64,000 nt of DNA from Acetobacter sp. CAG:977 (GTDB lineage Bacteria; Pseudomonadota; Alphaproteobacteria; CAAGCB01; CAG-977): NCBI GenBank assembly GCA_000434295.1, contig HF994935.1, forward strand, positions 109,869-173,868, written 5' to 3'. The translations under genes and the position numbers were made by a program. The notes beneath the pieces were generated by a model. That model had not been told where the DNA came from. It did not search any database and saw only the letters and a list, made by a program, of their open reading frames with translations. Positions within the stretch are counted from its first letter, which is position 1, and each line of letters starts with the position of its first letter. Shown one piece after another: positions 9,808 through 18,288 of the stretch.

Positions 9808-10890
9808 ATGTCCGAAATTATTCCCGTCTTGCATTGTTTTAATGATGCTTATGTTATTCCTGCGGCGGTTTCTTTTTATTCCATGTTGGAGCACGCGGAT
9901 GCTTCGCGTGAATATCGGCTGTATGTTTTACATTCCGACATATCTGAGGAACATCGGAAAAAATTGCAGGAAACAATATCTCCGTTTAAAAATGCGACGC
10001 TTGAATTTATTGATATGAAAGGTCGCTTTGAAGATTTGTTTTCCGATATAAAATTTAAAGCTCACTATTCAAAGGAAATGTTTTATAAATTTTTAGCCCC
10101 CTCTTTGTTCCCGCAATACGACAAAATGATGATTACTGATGTGGATGTCGTATGGATGGATGATATTGCACCTAATTTTGATTCTTTTGACGAGAAGGAA
10201 GATTGTTATCTTGCAGGGTGTTCTTTTCCCGTTCCCGAAGATTCTTGGGTCTGCCAATTTTCAAAAGAATACGAAAAAGATTTTTCTGAAGAAGAATTAA
10301 AATCGATTTTTACGACGGCGGGAGGGTATTGGATTTTTAATTTAAAGAAGATGAGGAAAGATAAAACGGAAGAAAAATTTATCGAAACGGCAAGGAAAAA
10401 CGTATCAAGGGTACACCAGCCCGAACAGGATTGCGTTAATCTGATTTGCTCTCCAAAGATACGGATTTTGCCTTTGCGAAGTTTGGTTTGCACTTATTTG
10501 TATGATATTTTTTCTTCGGCGGAAAAGTTTTTTAAAATCAAAGAAGTGCCAGAAACTGCCATAAAAGAAGCTTTGAAATATCCGATTCAGTTGCATTATG
10601 CAGGCGGGCAAAAACCGTGGAATGATCCGTGCTGTGAAAAATCGCAACACTGGTTTTCGTGTTTGGCTAAGACGCCGTTTTTTCAAGAACAGATGGATAA
10701 ATTCATGCCAAAGCCGAAATCGAAAAAAACAAAAGTTTCGTTTAAATTGTTTTCTTTGTTGCCCGTTGTCTCGGTCGTTCAAAAAGCGGGCAGCAGAAAA
10801 TTCCGTTTTTTCGGACTGCCCGTTTTGAAAATCAGGGATAACAGCGTATTTTTATTTTGTTTTTTAAAAATAGGCAAACTTTCTCAATAA
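9808..10890 (+). CDS. Family 8 glycosyltransferase (LPS glycosyltransferase/glycogenin-like)
   Basis: GT8 motifs: N-terminal FNDAYVIPAAVSFYS, DxD (ITDVDVVW), HYAGGQKPW. Visibly A/T-richer than its neighbours. Basic/hydrophobic C-terminal tail. Confidence 0.8.
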   Translation: MSEIIPVLHCFNDAYVIPAAVSFYSMLEHADASREYRLYVLHSDISEEHRKKLQETISPFKNATLEFIDMKGRFEDLFSDIKFKAHYSKEMFYKFLAPSLFPQYDKMMITDVDVVWMDDIAPNFDSFDEKEDCYLAGCSFPVPEDSWVCQFSKEYEKDFSEEELKSIFTTAGGYWIFNLKKMRKDKTEEKFIETARKNVSRVHQPEQDCVNLICSPKIRILPLRSLVCTYLYDIFSSAEKFFKIKEVPETAIKEALKYPIQLHYAGGQKPWNDPCCEKSQHWFSCLAKTPFFQEQMDKFMPKPKSKKTKVSFKLFSLLPVVSVVQKAGSRKFRFFGLPVLKIRDNSVFLFCFLKIGKLSQ

Positions 10891-10920
10891 AAAAAGAGGG
10901 CTTTTAAAAAGCCCCCTTCG
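10891..10920. terminator. Bidirectional terminator-like hairpin between convergent genes
   Basis: aagagggc ... gccccctt stem (one mismatch) flanked by an A-run and T-rich sequence. Confidence 0.45.
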
Positions 10921-10936
10921 TTTAAAGAAAGAATAA

Positions 10937-11932
10937 TTACATTGCCTGAGCAACGGCAACGGCAACGGCAACGGTGGCACCGACCATCGGGTTGTTCCCC
11001 ATACCGATCAGCCCCATCATTTCGACGTGTGCAGGAACGGAAGATGATCCCGCGAACTGCGCGTCTCCGTGCATGCGTCCCATCGTGTCGGTCATGCCGT
11101 ACGAAGCAGGACCCGCGGCAACGTTATCCGGATGCAACGTACGACCCGTGCCGCCGCCCGAAGCAACCGAGAAATATTTTTTGCCGTGTTCAATCGCCCA
11201 CTTTTTGTAGGTGCCGGCAACAGGGTGCTGGAAGCGCGTCGGATTCGTCGAGTTACCCGTAATGGAAACGTCAACGCCTTCTTTAATCATAATGGCAACG
11301 CCTTCGGACACGTCATCGGCACCATAGCATTTGACTTTTGCACGATCACCGTTCGAAAACGCTCTTTCGCTGACGATTTTTAATTCGCCCGTCTTATAGT
11401 CGTATTCCGTTTCAACCGACGTAAAGCCGTTGATACGAGAAATAATATAAGCAGCATCTTTGCCCAAGCCGTTCAAAATAACGCGCAACGGTTCTTTGCG
11501 GACTTTGTTGGCTTTCAAAGCAATGCCGATAGCGCCTTCGGCAGCGGCAAAAGATTCATGCCCCGCCAAAAAGCAGAAGCATTTCGTATTTTCGCTTAAC
11601 AGCATGGCACCCAGATTGCCGTGTCCCAATCCGACTTTGCGTTGGTCGGCAACGGATCCCGGAATGCAGAAAGCCTGTAATCCGATACCCAGTTTTTCAG
11701 CGACTTTTGCCGCTTCTTTGGTGTTCGTTTTAATGGCAATCGCCGCGCCCAACGTATAAGCCCAGCACGCATTTTCAAAGCAAATGGGTTGAATGCCCTT
11801 AACAATGGCGGCAACATCAATGCCTTTGTCTTTGCAGATTTTGTCGGCTTCTTCAATGTTGGCAATGCCGTATTCTTTGCAACAAGCATCAATCTGCGCA
11901 ATACGGCGTTCGTAACCTTCAAAAAGACTCAT
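10937..11932 (-). CDS. GGGtGRT-family protein (conserved, function unknown)
   Basis: 331 aa. The eponymous motif SGGGTGRT is encoded at 11138-11158. Adjacent to a NifU-like gene, the usual partner of this family. Confidence 0.8.
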   Translation of the reverse strand: MSLFEGYERRIAQIDACCKEYGIANIEEADKICKDKGIDVAAIVKGIQPICFENACWAYTLGAAIAIKTNTKEAAKVAEKLGIGLQAFCIPGSVADQRKVGLGHGNLGAMLLSENTKCFCFLAGHESFAAAEGAIGIALKANKVRKEPLRVILNGLGKDAAYIISRINGFTSVETEYDYKTGELKIVSERAFSNGDRAKVKCYGADDVSEGVAIMIKEGVDVSITGNSTNPTRFQHPVAGTYKKWAIEHGKKYFSVASGGGTGRTLHPDNVAAGPASYGMTDTMGRMHGDAQFAGSSSVPAHVEMMGLIGMGNNPMVGATVAVAVAVAQAM

Positions 11933-11944
11933 AATGCACTCTCC

Positions 11945-12649
11945 TTATTCTTTGCGCGGGTCGATGACTTTGACGGCTTCGTCAAAGCGTCCTTTGGTGC
12001 TGACGTTCTTTTCAAACGCCGTTTTCGGATCAACGCCGTTACGGATGGCTTCCATCATTTTGCCCAGATGAACGGTCTTGTAACCGATGACTTCGCCGTT
12101 TTCATCCAAGCCTTCTGCCAGAACGTAGCCTTCGGTCATTTCCAGATAACGCACACCTTTGGGTTCGGTCGAATACATCGTGCCGACCTGAGAACGAAGC
12201 CCTTTACCCAAATCTTCCAATCCGGCGCCGACGGGCAGACCGTTGTCAGAGAAAGCAGATTGCGTACGCCCGTACACGATCTGCAAAAACAATTCGCGCA
12301 TCGCAACGTTGATCGCGTCGCAAACCAAATCCGTGTTCAAGGCTTCCAATATGGTCTTTCCCGGCAGAATTTCTGCAGCCATCGCCGCAGAATGCGTCAT
12401 GCCGGAACATCCGATCGTTTCAACCAAAGCTTCGCGGATCACGCCGTCTTTGACGTTCAAGGTCAGCTTGCAGGTTCCTTGCTGGGGCGCACAGGCACCA
12501 ACGCCGTGCGTCAGGCCGGATACGTCTTTGATTTCTTTTGATTTAACCCATTTGCCTTCTTCGGGAATCGGAGCAGGGTCATGACGGGCGCCTTTGGTAA
12601 CGGGGCACATCTCTTGCACTTCGTGCGAGCACATATAAGAACAAGTCAT
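11945..12649 (-). CDS. NifU/IscU-like Fe-S cluster scaffold-domain protein
   Basis: Cys-rich N-terminus (MTCSYMCSHEVQEMC) and IscU-like segments (HGVGACAPQQGTCKL; ETIGCSGMTHSAAMAAE). Start placed at ATG 12649, which has a GGAG RBS; the track's TTG at 12679 was rejected. Confidence 0.65.
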   Translation of the reverse strand: MTCSYMCSHEVQEMCPVTKGARHDPAPIPEEGKWVKSKEIKDVSGLTHGVGACAPQQGTCKLTLNVKDGVIREALVETIGCSGMTHSAAMAAEILPGKTILEALNTDLVCDAINVAMRELFLQIVYGRTQSAFSDNGLPVGAGLEDLGKGLRSQVGTMYSTEPKGVRYLEMTEGYVLAEGLDENGEVIGYKTVHLGKMMEAIRNGVDPKTAFEKNVSTKGRFDEAVKVIDPRKE

Positions 12650-12838
12650 TGAATGCTTTCTCCAGTTAAAAATTTTCAAACGTTTTCTTTATAAACTTTC
12701 GGCGCGCTTTTGGCATCTTATTTTTTATGTTTTTTGCGTTTTTTTACCCCCTCCCGCCAAATAAATCAAAACGGCTTTTTTTATTTCAAAAGGTTGTTAT
12801 AATCCCAACGCCAAACAATTTATAAAACGGGGGAAAAA

Positions 12839-13414
12839 ATGAAAGTTGTTGCTTTTAACGGCAGCTCCAGAAAAGACGGTAACACCGCTTCGTTGATTTG
12901 GATGGTCTTTAAGGAACTGGCCGCCGAAGATATCGATGTCGAAATGATCCAGCTGGGGGATAAGCCGCTTTTTTCCTGCAGAGGCTGCGGAACATGTTCC
13001 CGTACGCCCGACAGGCATTGCATTATTACCGAAGATCCCGTCAACGAATGGCTGGATAAAATTATGGAAGCCGACGGAATGATATTGGCTTCGCCCGTGT
13101 ATTTCGGCGACGTGTCGGGACAAATGAAAATATTGATAGACCGCATCGGCATGCTGTCCGGAGCCAACCCCGCGGCTTTTCGCAGAAAGGTCGGCGTCGG
13201 AATCGCCGTCGGACGTCGGTCGGGCGGATTGAGCGCGTTTCATACGTTAAATAACCTTTTCCTGCTCAGAGAAATGATCGTGCCGGGCGGCAGTTATTGG
13301 AACGTCGCGCGCGGAAAGCTGCCGGGAGAAGTCAACGATGACGAAGAAGGCGTCCGTTCCATGAGCACGCTCGGCCGCAATATGGCGTGGCTGTTAAAAA
13401 AGCTTCATTCCTAA
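12839..13414 (+). CDS. NAD(P)H-dependent FMN reductase / iron-sulfur flavoprotein family
   Basis: MKVVAFNGSSRKDGNT flavodoxin-like start; CRGCGTC...HC cysteine cluster; ILASPVYFGDVSG. Confidence 0.75.
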   Translation: MKVVAFNGSSRKDGNTASLIWMVFKELAAEDIDVEMIQLGDKPLFSCRGCGTCSRTPDRHCIITEDPVNEWLDKIMEADGMILASPVYFGDVSGQMKILIDRIGMLSGANPAAFRRKVGVGIAVGRRSGGLSAFHTLNNLFLLREMIVPGGSYWNVARGKLPGEVNDDEEGVRSMSTLGRNMAWLLKKLHS

Positions 13415-13440
13415 TTCGAAAAATAAAAGGCGCCCTTATA

Positions 13441-13470
13441 AAAAAAAGCCCCTGTTCAGGGGCTTTTTTA
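13441..13470. terminator. Bidirectional rho-independent terminator
   Basis: agcccctg / caggggct stem flanked by an A-run and a T-run, between convergent genes. Confidence 0.7.
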
Positions 13471-13475
13471 ACGGG

Positions 13476-15158
13476 TCATTTCCGAACCAACGGTTTGTAT
13501 TTTACGCGGTGAGGCTGATCGGCATCCGCCCCCAGACGGCGTTTTTTGTCGGCTTCGTATTCTTCGTAATTGCCTTCGAACCATTCGACATGGCTGTCGC
13601 CTTCAAAAGCTAAGATATGCGTCGCGATGCGGTCAAGGAACCAACGGTCGTGAGACGTGACGACGGCGCATCCGGGAAAAGCCAGCAAAGCTTCTTCCAA
13701 CGCGCGCAACGTATCAACGTCCAAATCGTTCGTCGGTTCGTCAAGCAAAATAACGTTCGCGCCCGATTTCAACATCTTTGCCATATGGACGCGATTGCGT
13801 TCGCCGCCCGACAGCTGTCCGACTTTCTTTTGTTGGTCGGCGCCTTTAAAGTTAAATTGCCCCACATACGCGCGAGAAGGCATTTTGCGTTTTCCCAAAA
13901 CGACTTCGTCTTCGCCCTGAGAAATTTCTTCCCATACGGTTTTGTTGGGGTTAAGAGCATCTCTGCTTTGATCGACATAGCCCAAAACGACGGTGTCGCC
14001 GATGCGGATTGTACCGGAATCGGGCGTTTCCTGTCCCGTAATCAGCTTCATCAACGTGGTTTTGCCCGTGCCGTTGGCGCCGATAACGCCCACAATGCCG
14101 CCCGGAGGCAGCTTAAAGGTCAGATCTTCAAACAGTAAACGGTCGCCGAAACCTTTGGAAAGCTTTTCCGCCTGAATGACAACATCGCCCAAACGGGGAC
14201 CGGGAGGAATGACAATTTGGGCTTGTCCCAAAGTTTCGTTGCCCGACTGAGCCACCAGATTTTCAAACGCCTGAATACGGGCTTTGCTTTTGGCTTGTCT
14301 GGCGCGGGGGCTTTGACGGATCCATTCCAATTCTTCTTTGATGGTGCGCTGGCGAGCGGTTTCTTCTTTGGCTTCCTGAGCCAGACGTTTTTCCTTTTGT
14401 TCCAGCCAAGACGAATAATTGCCTTCGTAAGGAATGCCTTCGCCGCGGTCAAGCTCTAAAATCCAGCCCGTTACGTTGTCAAGGAAGTAGCGGTCGTGAG
14501 TTACCATAACGACGGTGCCTTCGTAATCGTGCAAATGCTGTTGCAACCAAGCAACGGATTCGGCGTCCAAATGGTTGGTCGGTTCGTCCAACAACAGCAA
14601 ATCCGGCTTTGACAATAACAGGCGGCACAAAGCAACACGGCGTTTTTCACCGCCCGACAGCTTTGTAACGTCGGCGTCTGCGGGCGGACAGCGCAAAGCA
14701 TCCATTGCGATTTCGATGGTACGTTCAATGTCCCAACCGTTGCAGGCGTCTATTTTTTCTTGCAATTCGGCTTGTTCGGCGATCAATGCGTTCATTTCGT
14801 CATCGGTCATTTCTTCGCCGAATTTCATGCTGACTTCTTCAAATCGTTTTAACAGGTCGCGCACGGGACCGACGCCGTCCATGATGTTTTCCATGACGTT
14901 TTTGGACGGATCCAGCTGAGGTTCCTGAGGCAGATATCCGACGGAAGCGCCTTCCGCCGCCCAAGCTTCGCCGTTAAATTCGGTTTCGATGCCGGCCATG
15001 ATTTTCAACAGCGTACTTTTCCCCGCGCCGTTCGGTCCCAAAACGCCGATCTTTGCGCCCGGAAAAAAGGACAGCCATATATTTTTTAAAACTTCTCTGC
15101 CGCCGGGGTACGTCTTGGACAGGTTTTTCATAACGTAGATGTATTGGTACGAAGCCAT
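13476..15158 (-). CDS. ettA: Energy-dependent translational throttle protein EttA (ABC-F ATPase)
   Basis: Two ABC cassettes ([18 protein letters not shown]; LSGGE signatures twice) and no TM domain. Length and N-terminus ([10 protein letters not shown]) fit EttA. Start moved from the track's 15173 to 15158. Confidence 0.88.
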   Translation of the reverse strand: MASYQYIYVMKNLSKTYPGGREVLKNIWLSFFPGAKIGVLGPNGAGKSTLLKIMAGIETEFNGEAWAAEGASVGYLPQEPQLDPSKNVMENIMDGVGPVRDLLKRFEEVSMKFGEEMTDDEMNALIAEQAELQEKIDACNGWDIERTIEIAMDALRCPPADADVTKLSGGEKRRVALCRLLLSKPDLLLLDEPTNHLDAESVAWLQQHLHDYEGTVVMVTHDRYFLDNVTGWILELDRGEGIPYEGNYSSWLEQKEKRLAQEAKEETARQRTIKEELEWIRQSPRARQAKSKARIQAFENLVAQSGNETLGQAQIVIPPGPRLGDVVIQAEKLSKGFGDRLLFEDLTFKLPPGGIVGVIGANGTGKTTLMKLITGQETPDSGTIRIGDTVVLGYVDQSRDALNPNKTVWEEISQGEDEVVLGKRKMPSRAYVGQFNFKGADQQKKVGQLSGGERNRVHMAKMLKSGANVILLDEPTNDLDVDTLRALEEALLAFPGCAVVTSHDRWFLDRIATHILAFEGDSHVEWFEGNYEEYEADKKRRLGADADQPHRVKYKPLVRK

Positions 15159-15204
15159 CAGGCACTCCTGCAAAAAGAAAGAAAACTTCAGACGTTATAA
15201 CAAA

Positions 15205-15246
15205 GAAAAACAAAACGGGCAAGCTTGCGAAAGAAAGCTTGCCCGT
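15205..15246 (-). terminator. Rho-independent terminator after the LRR/META operon
   Basis: 12-bp stem acgggcaagctt / aagcttgcccgt. On the minus strand it is followed by a T-run. Confidence 0.7.
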
Positions 15247-15263
15247 CCGTAAAAACTCAAATC

Positions 15264-15665
15264 TCAGTTATCTCTGTCGGGAACGGTTTCCACGAAAATC
15301 AAATCATGAACTCCCGACGTTTTTAAAATCAGGGTTTGCCCTTTTAATTCGTACCCCGACACGGTCGGCAGAACCTTTAAATATTCCTGTTCTGCCTGCA
15401 TCAAAGGCATGGGGCCCATCATCATTGTCGTTCCCGCGGGCGAAAATTCCATTCTTCCTTCGGGTTTTAATTGATAAGACCCGAAATACCTGTTCACGGC
15501 GGCGTTTCCGGCGAATCTGGGGTCTTTGGCATCAAAAGCGATGGTGATTTCCGCATTGTTCGGAGCATTGACCAATTTATAAGTTCTGCCTCTGAAATCG
15601 CCCGTATTGTTATAGACGGCGCATCCTGACAGCAGTAACGCCGCAACGGCGAATAATTTTTTCAT
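15264..15665 (-). CDS. META-domain (HslJ-like) lipoprotein
   Basis: Lipobox LLSGC. The body resembles the META/HslJ domain (AGNAAVNRYFGSYQL...MMMGPMPLMQAEQEYLKVL). Its start overlaps the stop of the upstream LRR gene by 4 nt. Confidence 0.7.
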   Translation of the reverse strand: MKKLFAVAALLLSGCAVYNNTGDFRGRTYKLVNAPNNAEITIAFDAKDPRFAGNAAVNRYFGSYQLKPEGRMEFSPAGTTMMMGPMPLMQAEQEYLKVLPTVSGYELKGQTLILKTSGVHDLIFVETVPDRDN

Positions 15666-16978
15666 TTAGAGCCCTTTCCTTTGTTTTTTAACAACAAATC
15701 GGTAACGGCCGAGCGCATGACTTCGTTTTTGATTTTCTGGAACGAAGGGCGTCCGTGCCGTCCGTCAAGCTGCCATTTGTCGGCTTCGGGGACGGCGTTC
15801 CATGCCGTTTGCATTTCTTTAGCATCTTTCCATTTGTTTTTCACGAAAATTTCGGGCAACAATTCCGCGGCGGCGGCATTTTCGATAAACGTTTTGCCGT
15901 CACCGGTCGGTTCCAGACATTCTTTTGCCGATAACGGAGCTTTGTGCACGGCCAACACTTTCGGCAACAGCCCCGTGTCAAACCCCTGAGCCAGAGTGTC
16001 CGCAAGCATCAGCGGCAAATCTGCCGCATATTCGACTTTTTTTCGATAAGCTTCACGAAAAGCAATGCGGTGCATCTGTTCCATACGGGCGTTGAAGATC
16101 GGTTTGCGGTTTCCGTCATCCCAGTTTTTTAGTTCGCAAACGGCTTTTTCCAACCGCGTCTGATGCGAAGAAAACATATCGGCAATGACCGAAGACACGC
16201 GACGTTCGGCATCCATTCCGCCGCTGGCAAAAGTCAGAACGGTTTCTTTGACGTTTGATTCCGTTAAGCCTTTGCACATTTCAACGGCGGTTTCTTCGTT
16301 CAATTCGATAAAGTGCGCCGAAAAAAACTCTAACTTTGACGCGGGCAGATTTTTGGCAACAGCCTGTAATGCCGATTGCGATATTTTCGGGTTATACGAA
16401 ATATCCAAGTGTTTCAAAGACGATTTTGCCAAAGCATTCCCCAATTCGTCTCCGCCGTAAGCCGCGCCGACGGATTGACAGGACAGCTTTTCAAGCGCGG
16501 CCGTTTCCAACAGCGGCGCCAAACGTTCGAAAAACGGTTCCGCCATGGTGTTGGAATTAATCGTCAAAGATTTAATCTTTCCGCTTCCGATTATTCCGAG
16601 GACGGCATCGGTACATTCTTTGTCGCCGTTAACGGCGTTTTGAGAAATGTCCAGACGTTCCGTTTTTGATTCTTTGAGGGCGTTCAATAATTTGATGACG
16701 GCTTTCGGTCCCGCCTTTGCGCCGTTAAGGCTTAATTCTTTCAGTTCGGGGATTTCGCGCAAATTGTCGGCAAGCCAGCTTACGGATTCTTCCGTTACGC
16801 AGGCTTTTCCCATATTCAGCGAAGAAATTTTATATTTGGCGGCGGCTTGTAAAAAAGATTTCGTATATTCTTCTCCCGTCATCGGAGATTGCGGCGTAAA
16901 AGGCTGATCTTGACGGTGCGAATACATACGGCGGATGTCTTCGTTTAAAGCCTTTAATTCTTCAAAAGACAAACTCAT
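15662..16978 (-). CDS. RNI-type leucine-rich-repeat protein, paralog 1 of 3, with a conserved C-terminal domain of unknown function
   Basis: 438 aa with no signal peptide. LRR units such as LKELSLNGAKAGPKAVIKLLNAL and LKHLDISYNPKISQSALQAVAKNL. C-terminus has KWKDAKEMQTAWNAV...KWQLDGRHGRPSFQKIKNEV, shared with the two upstream paralogs. Confidence 0.7.
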   Translation of the reverse strand: MSLSFEELKALNEDIRRMYSHRQDQPFTPQSPMTGEEYTKSFLQAAAKYKISSLNMGKACVTEESVSWLADNLREIPELKELSLNGAKAGPKAVIKLLNALKESKTERLDISQNAVNGDKECTDAVLGIIGSGKIKSLTINSNTMAEPFFERLAPLLETAALEKLSCQSVGAAYGGDELGNALAKSSLKHLDISYNPKISQSALQAVAKNLPASKLEFFSAHFIELNEETAVEMCKGLTESNVKETVLTFASGGMDAERRVSSVIADMFSSHQTRLEKAVCELKNWDDGNRKPIFNARMEQMHRIAFREAYRKKVEYAADLPLMLADTLAQGFDTGLLPKVLAVHKAPLSAKECLEPTGDGKTFIENAAAAELLPEIFVKNKWKDAKEMQTAWNAVPEADKWQLDGRHGRPSFQKIKNEVMRSAVTDLLLKNKGKGSK

Positions 16979-18288
16979 CTGTTTTTTCCTTTTTTCGCAG
17001 CCAGAACGGCAGCCAAAGAACGTCGCGTGACTTCATTTTTTTCCTTTTGAAACAAAGGCCGCCCTTTTTTGCCGTCCATTTGCCAATGATGCTTCGGATC
17101 AAGCGCGCTCCATGCTTTTTGCATTTCCTTCGGGTCTTTCCAGTTTTGCGCGGAAAAAATCAAAGGCAGCATTTCCGCCTGTGCCGCCGTTAAAATAAAC
17201 GGCATGCGCGCATAGCCCTGATATTCAAAGCAATCCTCCGACGTTAACGGACGGTTTTCTTTTCTGCGGTTTTCAAGGGTTTGCTTTAAGACGCCCTTGC
17301 TTAACGCGTCGCCCAAAGAAATATCCGCGGGAGCAGTGTCGTTTTCGTGCTCTTTTGCCAGATATTGGTAGAAACGCCGCGTTCTGGCGTTTGACCTCAT
17401 TGTTTCCAAAGACTGCGCCATCAGGTTTTTTTCATAATCCGACAATCCCGACAGAGGAATGTCGGCATCTTCCAAACGGCAGGACGGGTGCTCCAGGTAT
17501 GCTCTCAGAGTTTCCATAAATTTATCTGAAGGCCGTCCTTGCGGAGCAAAAGAAATCTTTGTGATTTTCGTGTCGGGCAAAATTTTTATCAAAGTTTCCG
17601 CATTTTCCTGAACCAATCCCGTTCCGATCAGATTGATTTCTTTTAAGGATGTTTCGGGCAGCTTTGAAATAATTTTTTCAATGCCTTCAGGTCCCAGCCT
17701 GTTACTTGAGACGTTCAAAGACTTTAATTCTGATGCGGGCAGGGCATCGGCAAACGCTTCTGCGGATTTGTCCGTCATTTCGATATGCGAAAGCGTCAGT
17801 ACGTCCATTTCTTTTTGTTTTAGAACGTCTGCCAGAGCAACGATGAATTTGTCGCCCAGACGGTTGTTCGTAACGTCCAACGAACGGACTTTTGATTTTT
17901 CCAATCCGCCTAAGATGACCCCCGTGACTTTGTCGGACAGATTATTGTTGGCGATTGACAGGTTTTCGATATTTGTTTCGGGTAATTTATGAAAAACGGC
18001 AGAGATACCGCTTTGTCCGACGGCGTTTGTGCTGATGTTCAGCGTTTTCAGCTTTAATTCCGGCATACGTTCGGCGAACCAGACGGTTTTTGTCGCGCCT
18101 AGAGCACAGGCGTTAAAATTGATGTTGTCAACGCTGGCGTCTTTGGCGGCATCAATCATGGCGTCCATGGTTTCGCGCGTCGGAAAAGAAAAAGACGGAT
18201 AAAAAATGTGGCGAGCCTGAGAAGAACGGGCACGCTTTATCATGGCATCGAAATTTTTTTGTTCTTTGTCGGATAAGTCTTCGTTCAT
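16975..18288 (-). CDS. RNI-type leucine-rich-repeat protein, paralog 2 of 3
   Basis: 437 aa with clear ~28-aa LRR periodicity (LKTLNISTNAVGQSGISAVFHKL / IENLSIANNNLSDKVTGVILGGL / VRSLDVTNNRLGDKFIVALADVL / LKSLNVSSNRLGPEGIEKIISKL). Same C-terminal domain (HHWQMDGKKGRPLFQKEKNEV). 4-nt overlaps at both ends. Confidence 0.75.
   Translation of the reverse strand: MNEDLSDKEQKNFDAMIKRARSSQARHIFYPSFSFPTRETMDAMIDAAKDASVDNINFNACALGATKTVWFAERMPELKLKTLNISTNAVGQSGISAVFHKLPETNIENLSIANNNLSDKVTGVILGGLEKSKVRSLDVTNNRLGDKFIVALADVLKQKEMDVLTLSHIEMTDKSAEAFADALPASELKSLNVSSNRLGPEGIEKIISKLPETSLKEINLIGTGLVQENAETLIKILPDTKITKISFAPQGRPSDKFMETLRAYLEHPSCRLEDADIPLSGLSDYEKNLMAQSLETMRSNARTRRFYQYLAKEHENDTAPADISLGDALSKGVLKQTLENRRKENRPLTSEDCFEYQGYARMPFILTAAQAEMLPLIFSAQNWKDPKEMQKAWSALDPKHHWQMDGKKGRPLFQKEKNEVTRRSLAAVLAAKKGKNR

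Noticed and set aside
11789-12541. 250-aa plus-strand ORF overlapping the NifU-like and GGGtGRT genes
   Set aside because: It is antisense to two motif-supported genes, and I see no RBS or recognisable domain.
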